NCBI GenBank assembly: GCA_002269645.1
Contig: NIVC01002283.1
Coordinates: 1-64,000, forward strand
Length of the DNA: 64,000 nt
Source of the DNA: Macrostomum lignano
Taxonomy: Eukaryota
Direction of reading: 5' to 3'
Shown here piece by piece: positions 11,386 through 23,043 of the stretch (the first letter of the stretch is position 1; every line of letters begins with the position of its first letter). A model generated the notes under the pieces. That model saw nothing but the letters and a program-made list of their open reading frames with translations. It had not been told where the DNA came from and made no database searches. Position numbers and translations under genes: made by a program.

Positions 11386-12655
11386 AGCTCCGAGCTCCGA
11401 TTGCGGCAATAGCCAGAAGCCTGCCACCGCGGCTTCTGACCGTCCGCATGCGGCCTCTGTGCCAGCCTGCGATGACGGGTGAGCGCTCACTGTCCCAGGA
11501 GTCCCACTCCCTGTCAAAATTTACTGTCTCCACTAAAATTTGTCTTCCCTTAACAAATTTCTCCAACCAGAGTCTGGCGCGCCACCTATACTGGGCTCAG
11601 TAACGATGAACGGTGAGTTTGAATGAATATTCTCGGCTTACTACTTACCAGAGACTGAGTAGTGCAGTTAGCAACTTTCAAGGTAAAAATCAATAATTGA
11701 AGTTATTTTAATTATATATATAATCTGCGCTTCGCTCCGCAGGCAGCGCAGGAGCGCCCGCTACCAGCAGCAGCTGGACGAGAGGTACTCGGCTAAGCTG
11801 CCGAACCGCTTCTCAGTGAGTGCGGGGGAGAAGGGGAAGAGGGAGACAGGGGAGAGAGAGGAGAGGGACACGGCAGAGGAAGATAGGGGAGAGAGGGGAG
11901 AGGGAGACAGGTGAGAGAGGGGAGACAAGGGAGAGGGGAGAGGAAGACAGGAGAGAGGGAGACAGGAGAGAGGGAGACAGGAAAGAGGGAGAGGGAGACA
12001 GGAGAGAGGGGAGAGGGAGACAGGAGAGAGGGAGAGGGAGACAGGAGAGAGGGGAGAGGGAGACAGGAGAGAGGGAGAGGGAGAGAGGGGAGAGGGAGAC
12101 AGGAGAGAGGGAGAGGGAGACTGGAGAGAGGGAGACAGGAAAGAGGGAGAGGGAGACAGGAGAGAGGGAGAGGGAGAGAGGGGAGAGGGAGACAGGAGAG
12201 AGGGAGAGGGAGACTGGAGAGAGGGAGACAGGAGAGAGGGGAGAGGGAGACAGGAGAGAGGGAGAGGGAGACAGGAGAGAGGGGAGAGGGAGACAGGAGA
12301 GAGGGGAGAGGGAGACAGGAGAGAGGGAGAGGGAGACTGGAGAGAGGGGAGAGGAAGACCGGGGAGCTGGATTTTTTCGTCAAAATCGTTATGCCATTTT
12401 CGATTTCGAAAGCAAAACTGAAATTTGGAGTTGGGGATTCAGCATTGGCAATTTGGCAATGGCATAATGGCAAAAAACCGTTATGCCATTTTCAATTTCG
12501 ACATGTCATGGCATGCCTATGACACAAAAAACCCAGGCAGGGAAAGGGGAGAGGGAGACAGGAGAGCAGTGTAAGCATGGCAGAGCAGGGCGGCATCTCC
12601 ATGGTGATTTTCTGTCCCGCATCTCCAGTCGGTGAACTTTGCCCAGCAGTGGTGA
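11057..12655 (+). CDS. Unrecognised 119-aa protein, 5 coding exons: 11057-11140, 11345-11478, 11571-11612, 11743-11815, 12629-12655
   Basis: Four GTGAG donors and pyrimidine-rich CAG acceptors with compatible phases (0,2,2,0) give one open frame of 360 nt: MYANQDHWEAGRRERHFAKKAFEQLQKRGP(A)13PSSDCGNSQKPATAASDRPHAASVPACDDGVWRATYTGLSNDERQRRSARYQQQLDERYSAKLPNRFSSVNFAQQW*. An upstream acceptor at 11009-11010 implies a further 5' exon, so the true start is unknown. Confidence 0.7.
11830..12355. repeat. Polypurine GA-rich 21-22 bp satellite in intron 4 of the 119-aa gene
   Basis: GGGAGACAGGAGAGAGGGAGA-type units; almost purine-only on the + strand. Confidence 0.95.
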
Positions 12656-13214
12656 ATCTGCCTGGCCCGCCGAGGAGCTGCGCGCCACCTGGCTTGCCGG
12701 TTTCGGCCAGAGACAGTTGCTGAGTGCGAACTGGGTTTTTTATTTGTTTTCTCTGCTGAGACCTGATTGCTGTGGCTTTGCGACTTCTTCAGATTCTGCT
12801 TGATAAATTTAAATTCTCATTTTCTGCTCTGCTTCTAAAAGAACTGCGCTTTCACAGATTTCACAGAAAAATTTAATCTTCCGCCTGTCCCGACCAAGTA
12901 TCTCCGCTTTACTGCCTTACTTTTTCTATCTCTTTTGCTGATGAAGTCTGCGGATGTTTCTATTTTTTCTGTTGTCAAAACTGAATTCACGCCTTAATTG
13001 CTCAACTGGGTTGCCTTTTCTAAATACCTTTTTTACCGGGCCGAGAGGCTCCTGCACTGGCTTTACCTGAACAGCTTCACTAAATAAAATTGATGCCTAC
13101 TTTTTTCACGCGCGAACTGCTTTTTTGCAATTCACTATGAAAATTTCATGTTTACATCTTTGGATTTTTGGTTGCTTTTACAGAAAGATTGCCTCTGGTT
13201 CTCTTGCTTCAGTG

Positions 13215-13958
13215 TGATGCTGAGCGGAACTGGTGGGGCAAAATGATGCTGAGCGGAACTGGTGGGCAATTATGATGCTGAGCGGAACTGGTGGGCAATT
13301 ATGATGCTGAGCGGAACTGATGGGCAATTATGATGTTGAGCGGAACTGGTGGGCAATTATGATGCTGAGCGGAACTGATGCGGCAATTTGATGCTGAGCG
13401 GAACTGATGCGGCAATTTGATGCTGAGCGGAACTGATGGAGCGATATGATGCTGAGCGGAACTGATGGAGCAATATGATGCTGAGCGGAACTGATGGGCC
13501 AATATGATGCTGAGCGGAACTGATGGGCCAATATGATGCTGAGCGGAACTGGTGGGCAATTATGATGCTGAGCGGAACTGATGGGCAATTATGATGTTGA
13601 GCGGAACTGGTGGGCAATTATGATGCTGAGCGGAACTGATGCGGCAATTTGATGCTGAGCGGAACTGATGCGGCAATTTGATGCTGAGCGGAACTGATGG
13701 AGCGATATGATGCTGAGCGGAACTGATGGAGCAATATGATGCTGAGCGGAACTGATGGGCCAATATGATGCTGAGCGGAACTGATGGGCCAATATGATGC
13801 TGAGCGGAACTGATGGGCCAATATGATTCTGAGCGGAACTGATGGGCCAATATGATTCTGAGCGGAACTGATGGGCCAATATGATGCTGAGCGGAACTGA
13901 TGGGCCAATATGATGCTGAGCGGAACTGATGGGCCAATATGATGCTGAGCGGAACTGA
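13215..13958. repeat. 29-bp minisatellite (TGATGCTGAGCGGAACTGATGGGCCAATA) with a 261-bp higher-order duplication
   Basis: The variant unit GATGTTGAG recurs at 13335 and 13596 (9 x 29). Confidence 0.96.
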
Positions 13959-14387
13959 CTGGAGCGACAAAAAGGACAAACGTGGGAGTCACGACAAACA
14001 GGAATTTAATTACTTGGATCGCACGGACTGTGAATTCCTCTAAGCAGTATTTCGAACTGATTTGAACCTGGCACAGGGTATGTACATGTAACGAGGATAT
14101 GAGGAAGTCCGGGCCGCTGTACACTGTGTGTGTGTATGCTCGGGTCGGCACTGCCTACAGAGTGCACCTGTCGCGTGGCTGAATGATCCACGTGATGCAG
14201 TAAAGCTGGCTATATAAATTACTCTTATCTCCCCTTGAGCATACGCATTCCCAAGTGAAGTTTTTTCGACTTGCTTGCCATGCTTCGGCATGTCTATGGC
14301 TAAAAGTGTCTTAGTTCAGTCGCTGCCTTCGCCGCTGAGAGCTAGCTAGGTGGCAGCAACTGATTTGAGCATTTATCCATATTCTTA

Positions 14388-14399
14388 GCAGCCAATCGG
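14388..14399 (+). promoter_or_regulatory. CCAAT box (GCAGCCAATCGG), NF-Y consensus, ~40 bp upstream of the flippase ATG
   Basis: Matches the NF-Y consensus; the same 12-mer lies upstream of the ENaC gene. Function is inferred. Confidence 0.4.
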
Positions 14400-14439
14400 C
14401 CAAGGACTACCATTGTAGCGCATACCGTAGTCACTGTCG

Positions 14440-17400
14440 ATGGCGAGCCCCCTGCAGACTCTGTGGCAGCTGGTTAAGCCAAAGCTGCTGTGCGAGTCGC
14501 CGCGCCCGGAGCTCCGCACGGTGTACATCAACCACCTCAACTTCGAGCTGCCCGGTCCGGACGGCAAGCCGAGCATCGGCCAGTCGGAGAAGTACCCCAA
14601 CAACTCCGTGTCCACCGCGCGCTACAACATCATCACTTTCCTGCCGCTGAACCTGCTGGAGCAGATCAGCCGGCTGCCCAACCTTTATTTCCTGGTGGCC
14701 TGCATCATCCAGCTGTCCACTGACACGCCCGTCAGCGAGATGGCCTCCATCCTGCCCCTGGCCTTCGTCATCCTGGTCACCATGGTGAAGCAGGGCTACG
14801 AGGACCTGCTGCGCCACCTGGAGGACAGGAAAGTCAACAAGACCCTCGTTTGGGTGGTGCGGGACGGCGAGAGCCAGCTAATCAGCTCCGAGCAGCTGCG
14901 CGTGGGCGACCTGGTGAAGGTGTTCCGCAACGAGTGCTTCCCGTGTGACCTGCTGCTGCTGTCCAGCTCGCAGCACTCCGGCGAGTGCCTCGTCACCACC
15001 GCCAATCTGGACGGCGAGACCAACTTGAAGACCTTCTGGGCCGTCGAGGCCACCAAGTCACTGCGGAACGCGGGGCTGCTGTGCTCCGAACTGCTGGGCA
15101 AGGTGGTCTGCGAGCAGCCCAAGCCCGACCTCTACAGCTTCGCTGGCGTGCTGCAGCTGGTGAAGCCGCAGGCGCACTCCTCCATCCCGCTGAACGCCAG
15201 CAATGTCCTGCTGCGCGGCGCGGTGCTCCGCAACACCAACTTCGCCTACGGCCTGGCGCTGTACACCGGCTCGGAGACGAAGGTTGGCCTCAACTCCAGG
15301 GGGTCGCGGGCCAAGCGATCGGTGGTGGACACCAGACTCAACAGCTTCATGCTGGTGCTGATCGGCCTGCTGCTGCTGCTCACCTGCGTGCTGGTGGCGG
15401 GCAACCTGCTCATTGCCCGCTCCGACGCCATCAGCAAGGCCTGGTTCCTGCCCGGCGAGCAGCTCAAGCGCCCGAACTTCCAGGAGACACTGAACGCGCT
15501 CATTATCATGCACTACATCATCCCCATCTCCATGCTGGTCACCATCGAGGTGCAGAAGTTCTTCTGCTCCATGTTCATCGATCACGACCTCGAGATGTTC
15601 CACCGGATGTCGGACGACGACCCGAGCAACTGGGCGAAGGCCAACACGTCCGAAATCATTGAGGAGCTCGGCGTCGTCGACCACCTGTTCTGCGACAAGA
15701 CCGGCACCCTCACGGAGAACATCATGACCTTCCGCGGCTGCTCCATCAACGGCGTGAAGTACTCGCTGAAGGGCAGCTCCCTGCTGGCCAGCCACAACAG
15801 CAAGCAGCAGCTGGGGCCGGCTCAGCAGGAGTTCCTCACCCACCTGGCCCTCTGCCACACGGCCCGGGCCGAGCGGTCGGGCAACAGCGGCCGCCTGGTT
15901 TACCACGCCAGCTCACCGGACGAGAAGGCGCTGCTGGACGGCTGCCGGAAGCTGGGCGTCACCTTCCGCGGCAGGACGGGCAACCAGCTGACGGTTGGGG
16001 TCGGAGGTCGCAGCCTGGACTACCAGGTGATCAGAATTTTGTTGCTAGGCGAAATGATTTGGTTGCTAGGCGAAATGATTTGGTTGCTAGGCGAAATGAT
16101 TTGGTTGCTAGGCGAAAGGATTTGGTTGCTAGATTAAAGGGTTTAGTTGCTATGCAGAATTATTTAGTTGTTAGGTGAAACGGTTTGGTTGCTAGGCAAA
16201 AGGATTTGGTTGCTAGGCAAAAAAGATCTGGTTGCTAGTCGAAGTTTATGGTTGTTATTAAGAAAAGAATTTGATTGTTAGACAAAATGATTTGGTTACT
16301 AGGCGAAAGGATTTGGGTGCTAGACGAAAGGATTTGGTTCATAGGCAAAGGCATGATGTCTAGTTGCTAGATGAGCAAATTGGTTGCTAGGCGATTAAAG
16401 ATTTTTTGCTAGCTAGAATGCATTGGCTGCTGGGATAGTATAGTTGCTCTGGTAAAGACATTGGTTGCTAGTTGCTAGGAGGGCAAAGAATTTCTGGGAC
16501 CCTGAAAAATTTCAATCCCCGCCTACCTCAGCTGCTGCACGTGCTCGAGTTTGACTCAGATCGCAGGCGGATGTCGGTTGTGGTCTCCGACCCCATGGGC
16601 GTCCTCTGGCTCATCACTAAGGGCGCCGACACCGCCATGCTGCCCCGATGCATCAGCGGCAGCACGGAAGTCACCGTCAAGCACGTCGCCGACTTCTGCG
16701 CGGAGGGCCTCCGCGTGCTGGTCGTGGGCAGGAAGAGGCTGACGCAGGTGGACGCCAACCAAATCGCTGCGCAACTGCAGGCGGCCTCGGCCAGCCTCGC
16801 CGATCGGGAGGCCAAGCTGACGAAGGCCGCGGACTCTGTCGAGAAAGACCTGCAGCTGCTGGGCTGCACGGCTGTGGAGGACCAACTGCAGGCCGGCGTG
16901 CCGGAGTGCATCAGCGACCTCCGGCGGGCCGGCATCCGGGTCTGGATCCTCACGGGTGACAAGGTGCGACCCCTGCCCCCTAGCTCTTGCCTTAAATATC
17001 TGATTGTCTGTCACCTAACTTCACCCACCTCACTCCATTACTGACCTCGATTGCTGATTGGCTGCCAGCTAACTTTACCCACCTCACTCCATTACTGACC
17101 TCGATTGCTAATTGGCTGCCAGCTAACTTCATCCACCTCACTCCGCTGCTGACCTCGATTGCTGATTGGCTGCCAGCTAACTTCATCCACCTCACTCCGC
17201 TACTGACCTCGAATTCTGATTGGCTGCCAGCTGACTTCATCCACCTCACTCCGCTACTGAACTCGAATTCTGATTGGCTGCCAGCCAGAAGCCGCACTCC
17301 AACCTATTTCACAGGTGGAAACTGCCGAGAACATCAGCCTGGCTGCCGGTCACGTGACTCTCGGAATGCGCCGCCTTCGCATTGTCGGCTGCCGCACCCG

Positions 17401-19962
17401 GGAGGCGGTGGACTCCGCCTTGACCATCGCCGAGGCGGCCGCCGCGAGCTCCGGGCCCGGCGTTGCCGACTACTGCATTGTGGTCGAGGGCGACTCGCTG
17501 CAGATGCTGACGGACTGGGACAACGACCGTGACCTCTGTCGGCGCTTCCTGCGGCTGGCTGACGAGAGCCCGGCCGTTCTCTGCTGCCGCTGCACGCCGC
17601 TCCAGAAGTCGCGCACCGTGGCCGCCGTCAAACTCGCCGCCGATGACTCCGGCAGGTGGCCGCTGATCACCTGCGCCATCGGCGACGGCGCCAACGACGT
17701 CAGCATGATCAAGGAGGCTCACGTGGGCGTCGGGCTCTACGGCAAGGAGGGCCGAGCGGCCGCGCTTAATTCCGACTACTGCATGGGGAGGTGAGATTGG
17801 AGCTTCAGTTTGTTTTGTCTTTTCCGGTTGGTAGTTTCCGGTTTTACAGGTTCAGATTCGTCGTTTTATTTTGTAGTTTCTGATGGCAGTTTTTAGTTGG
17901 TTGTTATTTATAACGTTTTCGCTTCTCGTTTCATTTCCTGTCTGTAGCTTCCGGTCTGTAGCCTCTGGTCTGTAGCCTCTGGTCTGTAGCCTTTGGTCTG
18001 TAGCTTCCGGTCTGTAGCTTCCGGTCTGTAGCTTCTGGTCTGTAGCCTCTGGTCTGTAGCCTCTGGTCTGTAGCTTCCAGTCTGTAGCTTCCGGTCTGTA
18101 GCCTCTGGTCTGTAGCCTCTGGTCTGTAGCCTCTGGTCTGTAGCCTCTGGTCTGTAGCCTCTGGTCTGTAGCTTCCGGTCTGTAGCTTCCGGTCTGTAGC
18201 TTCTGGTCTGTAGCTTCCTGTCTGTAGCTTCCGGTCTGTAGCTTCCGGTCTGTAGCTTCCTGTCTGTAGCTTCCGGTCTGTAGCCTCTGGTCTGTAGCCT
18301 CTGGTCTGTAGCCTCTGGTCTGTAGCCTCTGGTCTGTAGCTTCCGGTCTGGAGCTTCCGGTCTGTAGCTTCTGGTCTGTAGCTTCCGGTCTGTAGCTTCC
18401 GGTCTGTAGCTTCCGGTCTGTAGCTTCCTGTCTGTAGCTTCCGGTCTGTAGCCTCTGGTCTGTAGCCTCTGGTCTGTAGCCTCTGGTCTGTAGCCTCTGG
18501 TCTGTAGCCTCTGGTCAGTAGTTTCCAGTCTGTAGCTTCCGGTCTGTATCGTTCAGCCTGTAGCTTCCAGTATGTAGTTTCTGGTCTGTAGCTTCCGGTC
18601 TGTAGCTTCCGTTCTGTAGCTTCCAGTCTGTAGCTTCCAGTAGATAGTTTCCGGTCTATAGCTTTCGGCCTGTAGCTTCCCGTCTGTAACTTCCGGTATC
18701 ACTGCAGCAGCCACTCCAACCGGAAGCTGTGAATCATCCGCAGGTTCCGCTACCTCCGCAAGCTGCTGCTGTTCCACGGCCACCTGTTCTACTACAGGCT
18801 CAGCATGCTGGTGCAGTACTTCTTCTACAAGAATGTGGCCTTCACCCTGCCGCAGTTTTTCTACGCCCTGCACAACGGCTTCAACCTCATCAGCCTGTAC
18901 GACTCTTTCTTTCTGGCCGCGTACAACGCCTTCCTGACGGCCATGCCCATCCTGGTGTACGGCGTGTTCGAGCAGCACTTGCCCCGCTCCCGCCTGTACC
19001 GCGAGCCCCGCCTGTACGCGGTCGGCAAGGCCGTGGAGCCGCTGTCCTGGCGCCGCTTCTTCGCCTGGATGCTCGCCGCCTTCTGGCACAGCGGCGTCTG
19101 CTTCTACGGCAACGCGGCCGTCTTCTGGCTCAACGACGACATCGGCAGGCCGGGCATCTCCGGCTTCGGCCTGAGCGCGCTGGGCACCCTGGTGGTCGAG
19201 TGCCTCCTCATTGTCGTCCACACCAAGCTGATCATGTGCTCCCGGTTCTTCCACACCATCGTTGTGTTCAGCTTCCTGCTGTCCGTGCTCTGCTACCCGC
19301 TGCTGGTGCGTCCGAGTGACTTCCCACTGGCTGAGTTGATGATTTCCCACTGGCTGAGTTGATGAGTTCCCACTGGCTGAGTTGATGAGTTCCCACTGGC
19401 TGAGTTGATGATTTCCCACTGGCTGAGTTGATGATTTCCCACTGGCTGAGTTGATGAGTTCCCACTGGCTGAGTTGATGATTTCCCACTGGCTGAGTTGA
19501 TGAGTTCCCACTGGCTGAGTTGATGATTTCCCACTGGCTGAGTTGATGATTTCCCACTGGCTGAGTCGATGATTTCCCACTGGCTGAGTTGATGATTTCC
19601 GACTGACTTCGATGATTTCTCCCCAAATCTGCGCTCCGCAGGCCGCCTTCTACAACTCGATGTACACGAACATCTTCGACGAGAACCACTCGTTCTACTG
19701 GCTGTTCTTCGAGCTGCACCGGCAGCCCGCGGCCTGGCTGATGCTGGCCACGGTGCCCCTGCTGGCGCTCGCGCCCGACCTCGCCATCGCCATCTGGCGG
19801 CGCGGTCCGCTGGACGAGGAGGAGATCGTCGACGACGAAGACATCGTCAGCGAAAGCGCCGGGACGACAGTCGCCTTGGGGGCCGGCGGCAGCCGGACTG
19901 TCAGGACTGGCAACAACAGCGGCGGCCGGGGCGCGGCCCGCGTTGCCATGGCAACTGCCTAA
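14440..19962 (+). CDS. ATP11: P4-type ATPase phospholipid flippase, ATP11 class, 1125 aa; exons 14440-16026, 16532-16963, 17315-17790, 18744-19305, 19642-19962
   Basis: DGETN actuator motif, DKTGTLT phosphorylation site, SPDE, GDGANDVSMI and FFYKN. KQGYEDLLRH and IIPISMLVTIEVQKF resemble ATP11A/B/C. All junctions are GT-AG and in frame (3378 nt). Confidence 0.95.
16035..16480. repeat. 21-bp decaying minisatellite in flippase intron 1 (ATTTGGTTGCTAGGCGAAATG)
   Basis: Clean units at the 5' end decaying toward the 3' end. Confidence 0.9.
17015..17285. repeat. 54-bp minisatellite in flippase intron 2
   Basis: Five units, each containing (G/T)CTGATTGGCTGCCAG or CTAATTGGCTGCCAG. Confidence 0.93.
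17940..18700. repeat. 14-bp minisatellite in flippase intron 3 (GTCTGTAGCTTCCG / GTCTGTAGCCTCTG)
   Basis: About 50 units of two interspersed variants. Confidence 0.96.
19320..19605. repeat. 23-bp minisatellite in flippase intron 4 (TTCCCACTGGCTGAGTTGATGAT)
   Basis: About 12 units. Confidence 0.96.
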
Positions 19963-20152
19963 TTTTTAGTCCTTAACGGTAGCAACTGAGTCCTTGTGGT
20001 TGCCATGGCAAATCTCTGATTTATAGTCTCTTTCTAATTAGCTTAGCTCTGTCTTTATGGTTGTCATGACAACTGTCTAACTAGTTAATAATTTACATCC
20101 TATAGGGTGTGCATGTATTCTCTAGATATCTTGTCCTAGTTGCCATGACAAC
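19942..20152. promoter_or_regulatory. Cluster of four palindromic RFX X-box-like sites
   Basis: GTTGCCATGGCAAC 19942-19955, GTTGCCATGGCAAA 19999-20012, GTTGTCATGACAAC 20060-20073, GTTGCCATGACAAC 20139-20152. The motifs are seen directly; binding is inferred. Confidence 0.5.
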
Positions 20153-20799
20153 TAAAACTTTCGGCAGTTGTAAGTACATTTTCAGTGGTGCAATTGCTAG
20201 GACTAAATTATCCCGCACAGTTAGTTGTAAACATGCATGTAGTTGGGTACCTGTCAGAGTAACCTGTACAAGCTCTGAGGATTCAGGTTCGCATCCCTCT
20301 CTGCATCAACTTCATGTAGGAATATTTAGTGACCTCATTACTGCAGGACACAAATTCTCAACTTTATTTCAACTCTTTTACAGTAAGTCCAACTCCTGTC
20401 TAGCAGCTGGCATTCATGCACATAAATATGCTTATTAGTAGTATTGAGCGCATGCACTTCTCTTTATCGCGGCTGCATTTTAATCGCGTCAAATCAATTT
20501 ACTTTTGAGAAGCTTTTTCAAGTAATAAATAAAACGAGAGTGAACGAAAGAAGGTTTTTGTAGTAGTTTATTAATTTCGTAACAGAGCTAGTTTGAAAAG
20601 TTTCAACTTTTTTAATTCTCCAGTTGTGTATATTTTCGTTTTCAAATCAGAACTACTAAGTTTTCTTTCAAGCTTTTTGTTAAAAATATAATCTTCCAAA
20701 ATTATAATTGGAAATATATTTCGTAGCATAAAGATTCAAATTAGTAAACGATAATCAAAATAAATATTTTAATATACATTCGAGAATGTAGTAGTAGTA

Positions 20800-20816
20800 C
20801 CGGTAGTAGTAGCAGT

Positions 20817-20903
<87 letters not shown>

Positions 20904-20904
20904 C

Positions 20905-20939
<35 letters not shown>

Positions 20940-20940
20940 C

Positions 20941-20984
<44 letters not shown>

Positions 20985-20985
20985 A
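20800..20985. repeat. (TAG)n microsatellite
   Basis: About 60 trinucleotide units with two CAG interruptions. Confidence 0.99.
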
Positions 20986-23043
20986 TTTACTAACATACAA
21001 TTATTAAATACATACGAGTACACGGCCGCAATGCCATACAGTAATTCAAGTTAAATAAAAAATAGGCAATCGCTAAGTTCCGCGAGCCGGCTACCCAACC
21101 CCAACTCCTTGTTTCGTAACTACTCTAAAAATTACCTAATCTTTTTCTCAAGGAGGGGGAGGTAGGTTTGCCCGAAATGCTCTGATCGGATTTTAACGGT
21201 GTTGTCTCACCGCGCGATAATAATTGCCAAGAAAATTCAATTTTAAAGGTAAATATAAACTGTAGAAAAAATGCTCCAGATTGGAGCGAGGCATTTGCCG
21301 AATGCTGCCTCTGATATTTATTATCTCAGACGCGAAGACGGGAAGCTACGCGCCCTCATCACGTGTCAGTATGAGGTCACGGACGACACTGAAATTGGAT
21401 TAAAGTACATGTACACTGCAGGGTGTTAAAATATAAAATGATTTTTATCATTGTCTTGGACATTTTAAAGTATATTTTTTACATTTTTACAATCTTAAGG
21501 TTATTTGGATCTTTGGAAAAGATTGCTGTATAATAGTTAACTTTCATTTTTTAAATTTCAAACAACAGACTTGGAAAATAAAGTATGCTTTAATGAATTA
21601 ATAAAGCATTTTAAAATCATACTAGACTTATGATTTATGAAGACATAAATGTAAAGCACCCAATTTTACAGAAGCTTGGGTCAATTCAATTAAACAAAGA
21701 AATTTAAAAAACAAAAAGCTCCATTCAAATGGAGTTGTGAATTTATTTGACAGTTGCCCATCGTGCTGCTGTGGCGGCTCTCTCGGAGAAAATCAAGTTG
21801 AATATTTGCTTAGATCCTGCGCCCTTCAAGGTGATGGATGAATCTTGTTTGAAGTTAAACACGGTCTTATGCAGCACGGATTAAATGCATTTTGCTAAGC
21901 TGTTGAAACAGTTGTTAAAGCTGCCATTTTAATATTGTAAAATTTTTTCAACTGCTTGTGCAATAATATTGCAAATGGAATTGCGCCGTATGATATAGAA
22001 GCAAATCTAGTCCCAACTTTAAAATAAAATTTTAATTATACGAACTCTTTAAGAAATAAAAAACCTTTAGCATATGGCTAGTAAGTTCTTAACCCTTAAC
22101 TTTAGAAATTTCTATATATCTTTGTTATAATTCTTTTTCACGATAATATATTTAAAGCAGTTATAAAACTCGCATAAAACTTTGTATGAGTTACCGTAAT
22201 TATTAAACAGTTAATTCGCGATCATAGCAATAAAGATGAACTAAAATCGAGATGACAAGCTTTTTTTGCAGAAAATTATCGTAACATTTAAAACACTCCC
22301 GATTCCAACTACTGTATTATAATATGCATGCAATAAACTGCTTTTATCTCAATCCGTTGCCTAATTGCCCAAAAGTCTGTATAAAAATTCGTCAAAATTA
22401 AGAATGAATCGAATAAAAAATTCCTGTACTGTTTTTTGTAGAGATGCCCCACCGGACAGAAACAATCGTCTTTAGCTCGAAGTATCGGATTTTAAAGCTA
22501 AGTATGAAGGCTGTCCACACAAAGTTTAACTGTGTGTGCGCCAAATTCTGTCTGTCTGTGTCAAGGTTGGCACAAACTGCTGCCGCTACCCCGAGTCCAA
22601 TCAGTTTGCATCAGTGACACAAAACAACAATTTGCTACAAAGCGATGCTCTCAGTCCAGAGTGAGTCACAATTTCTCGCTATATTTTTGTAAACCAGGAG
22701 AATTCAAACAAAATAGGCAATTTCCGGACAGCTCATGGTTCACGCAGACTGGATTGACTCAAACAAGACCAAAAATGTCGGCCACTTTTTGTTAAAATCG
22801 CTCTGTGGCAGCAAAGCTTCTATTTGCATTCGCATGCAGTTTATCATGAAAGCTTTTCTAATCGCACATATTTTGCCATTTCAGACAGGGAGGTCGAGTG
22901 CTGACCTGCAGATCCTGCGATGCGTTGAAAATTTATAAGTTAAATGAGAAATCCGTTGCCATAGAGACAGGGAAGGAAAACACCAGGGAGAAAAATTTAG
23001 ATTTGATCTGTCAAAACTCCGGTCGCGATCGCGGACACAGGGT

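Noticed and set aside
11743-11784. Alternative donor at 11785 giving two consecutive 42-nt micro-exons
   Set aside because: GTACTC is a weaker donor and leads to a stop two codons into the next exon; GTGAGT at 11816 gives a better model.
15058-15906. Long antisense ORFs over GC-rich genes (also 18553-19719, 22898-24238, 52821-53984, 1100-1891)
   Set aside because: Shadows of strong GC3 bias on the coding strand; no recognisable motifs.
20755-21023. Poly-Thr and poly-Leu ORFs
   Set aside because: Translations of the (TAG)n microsatellite.
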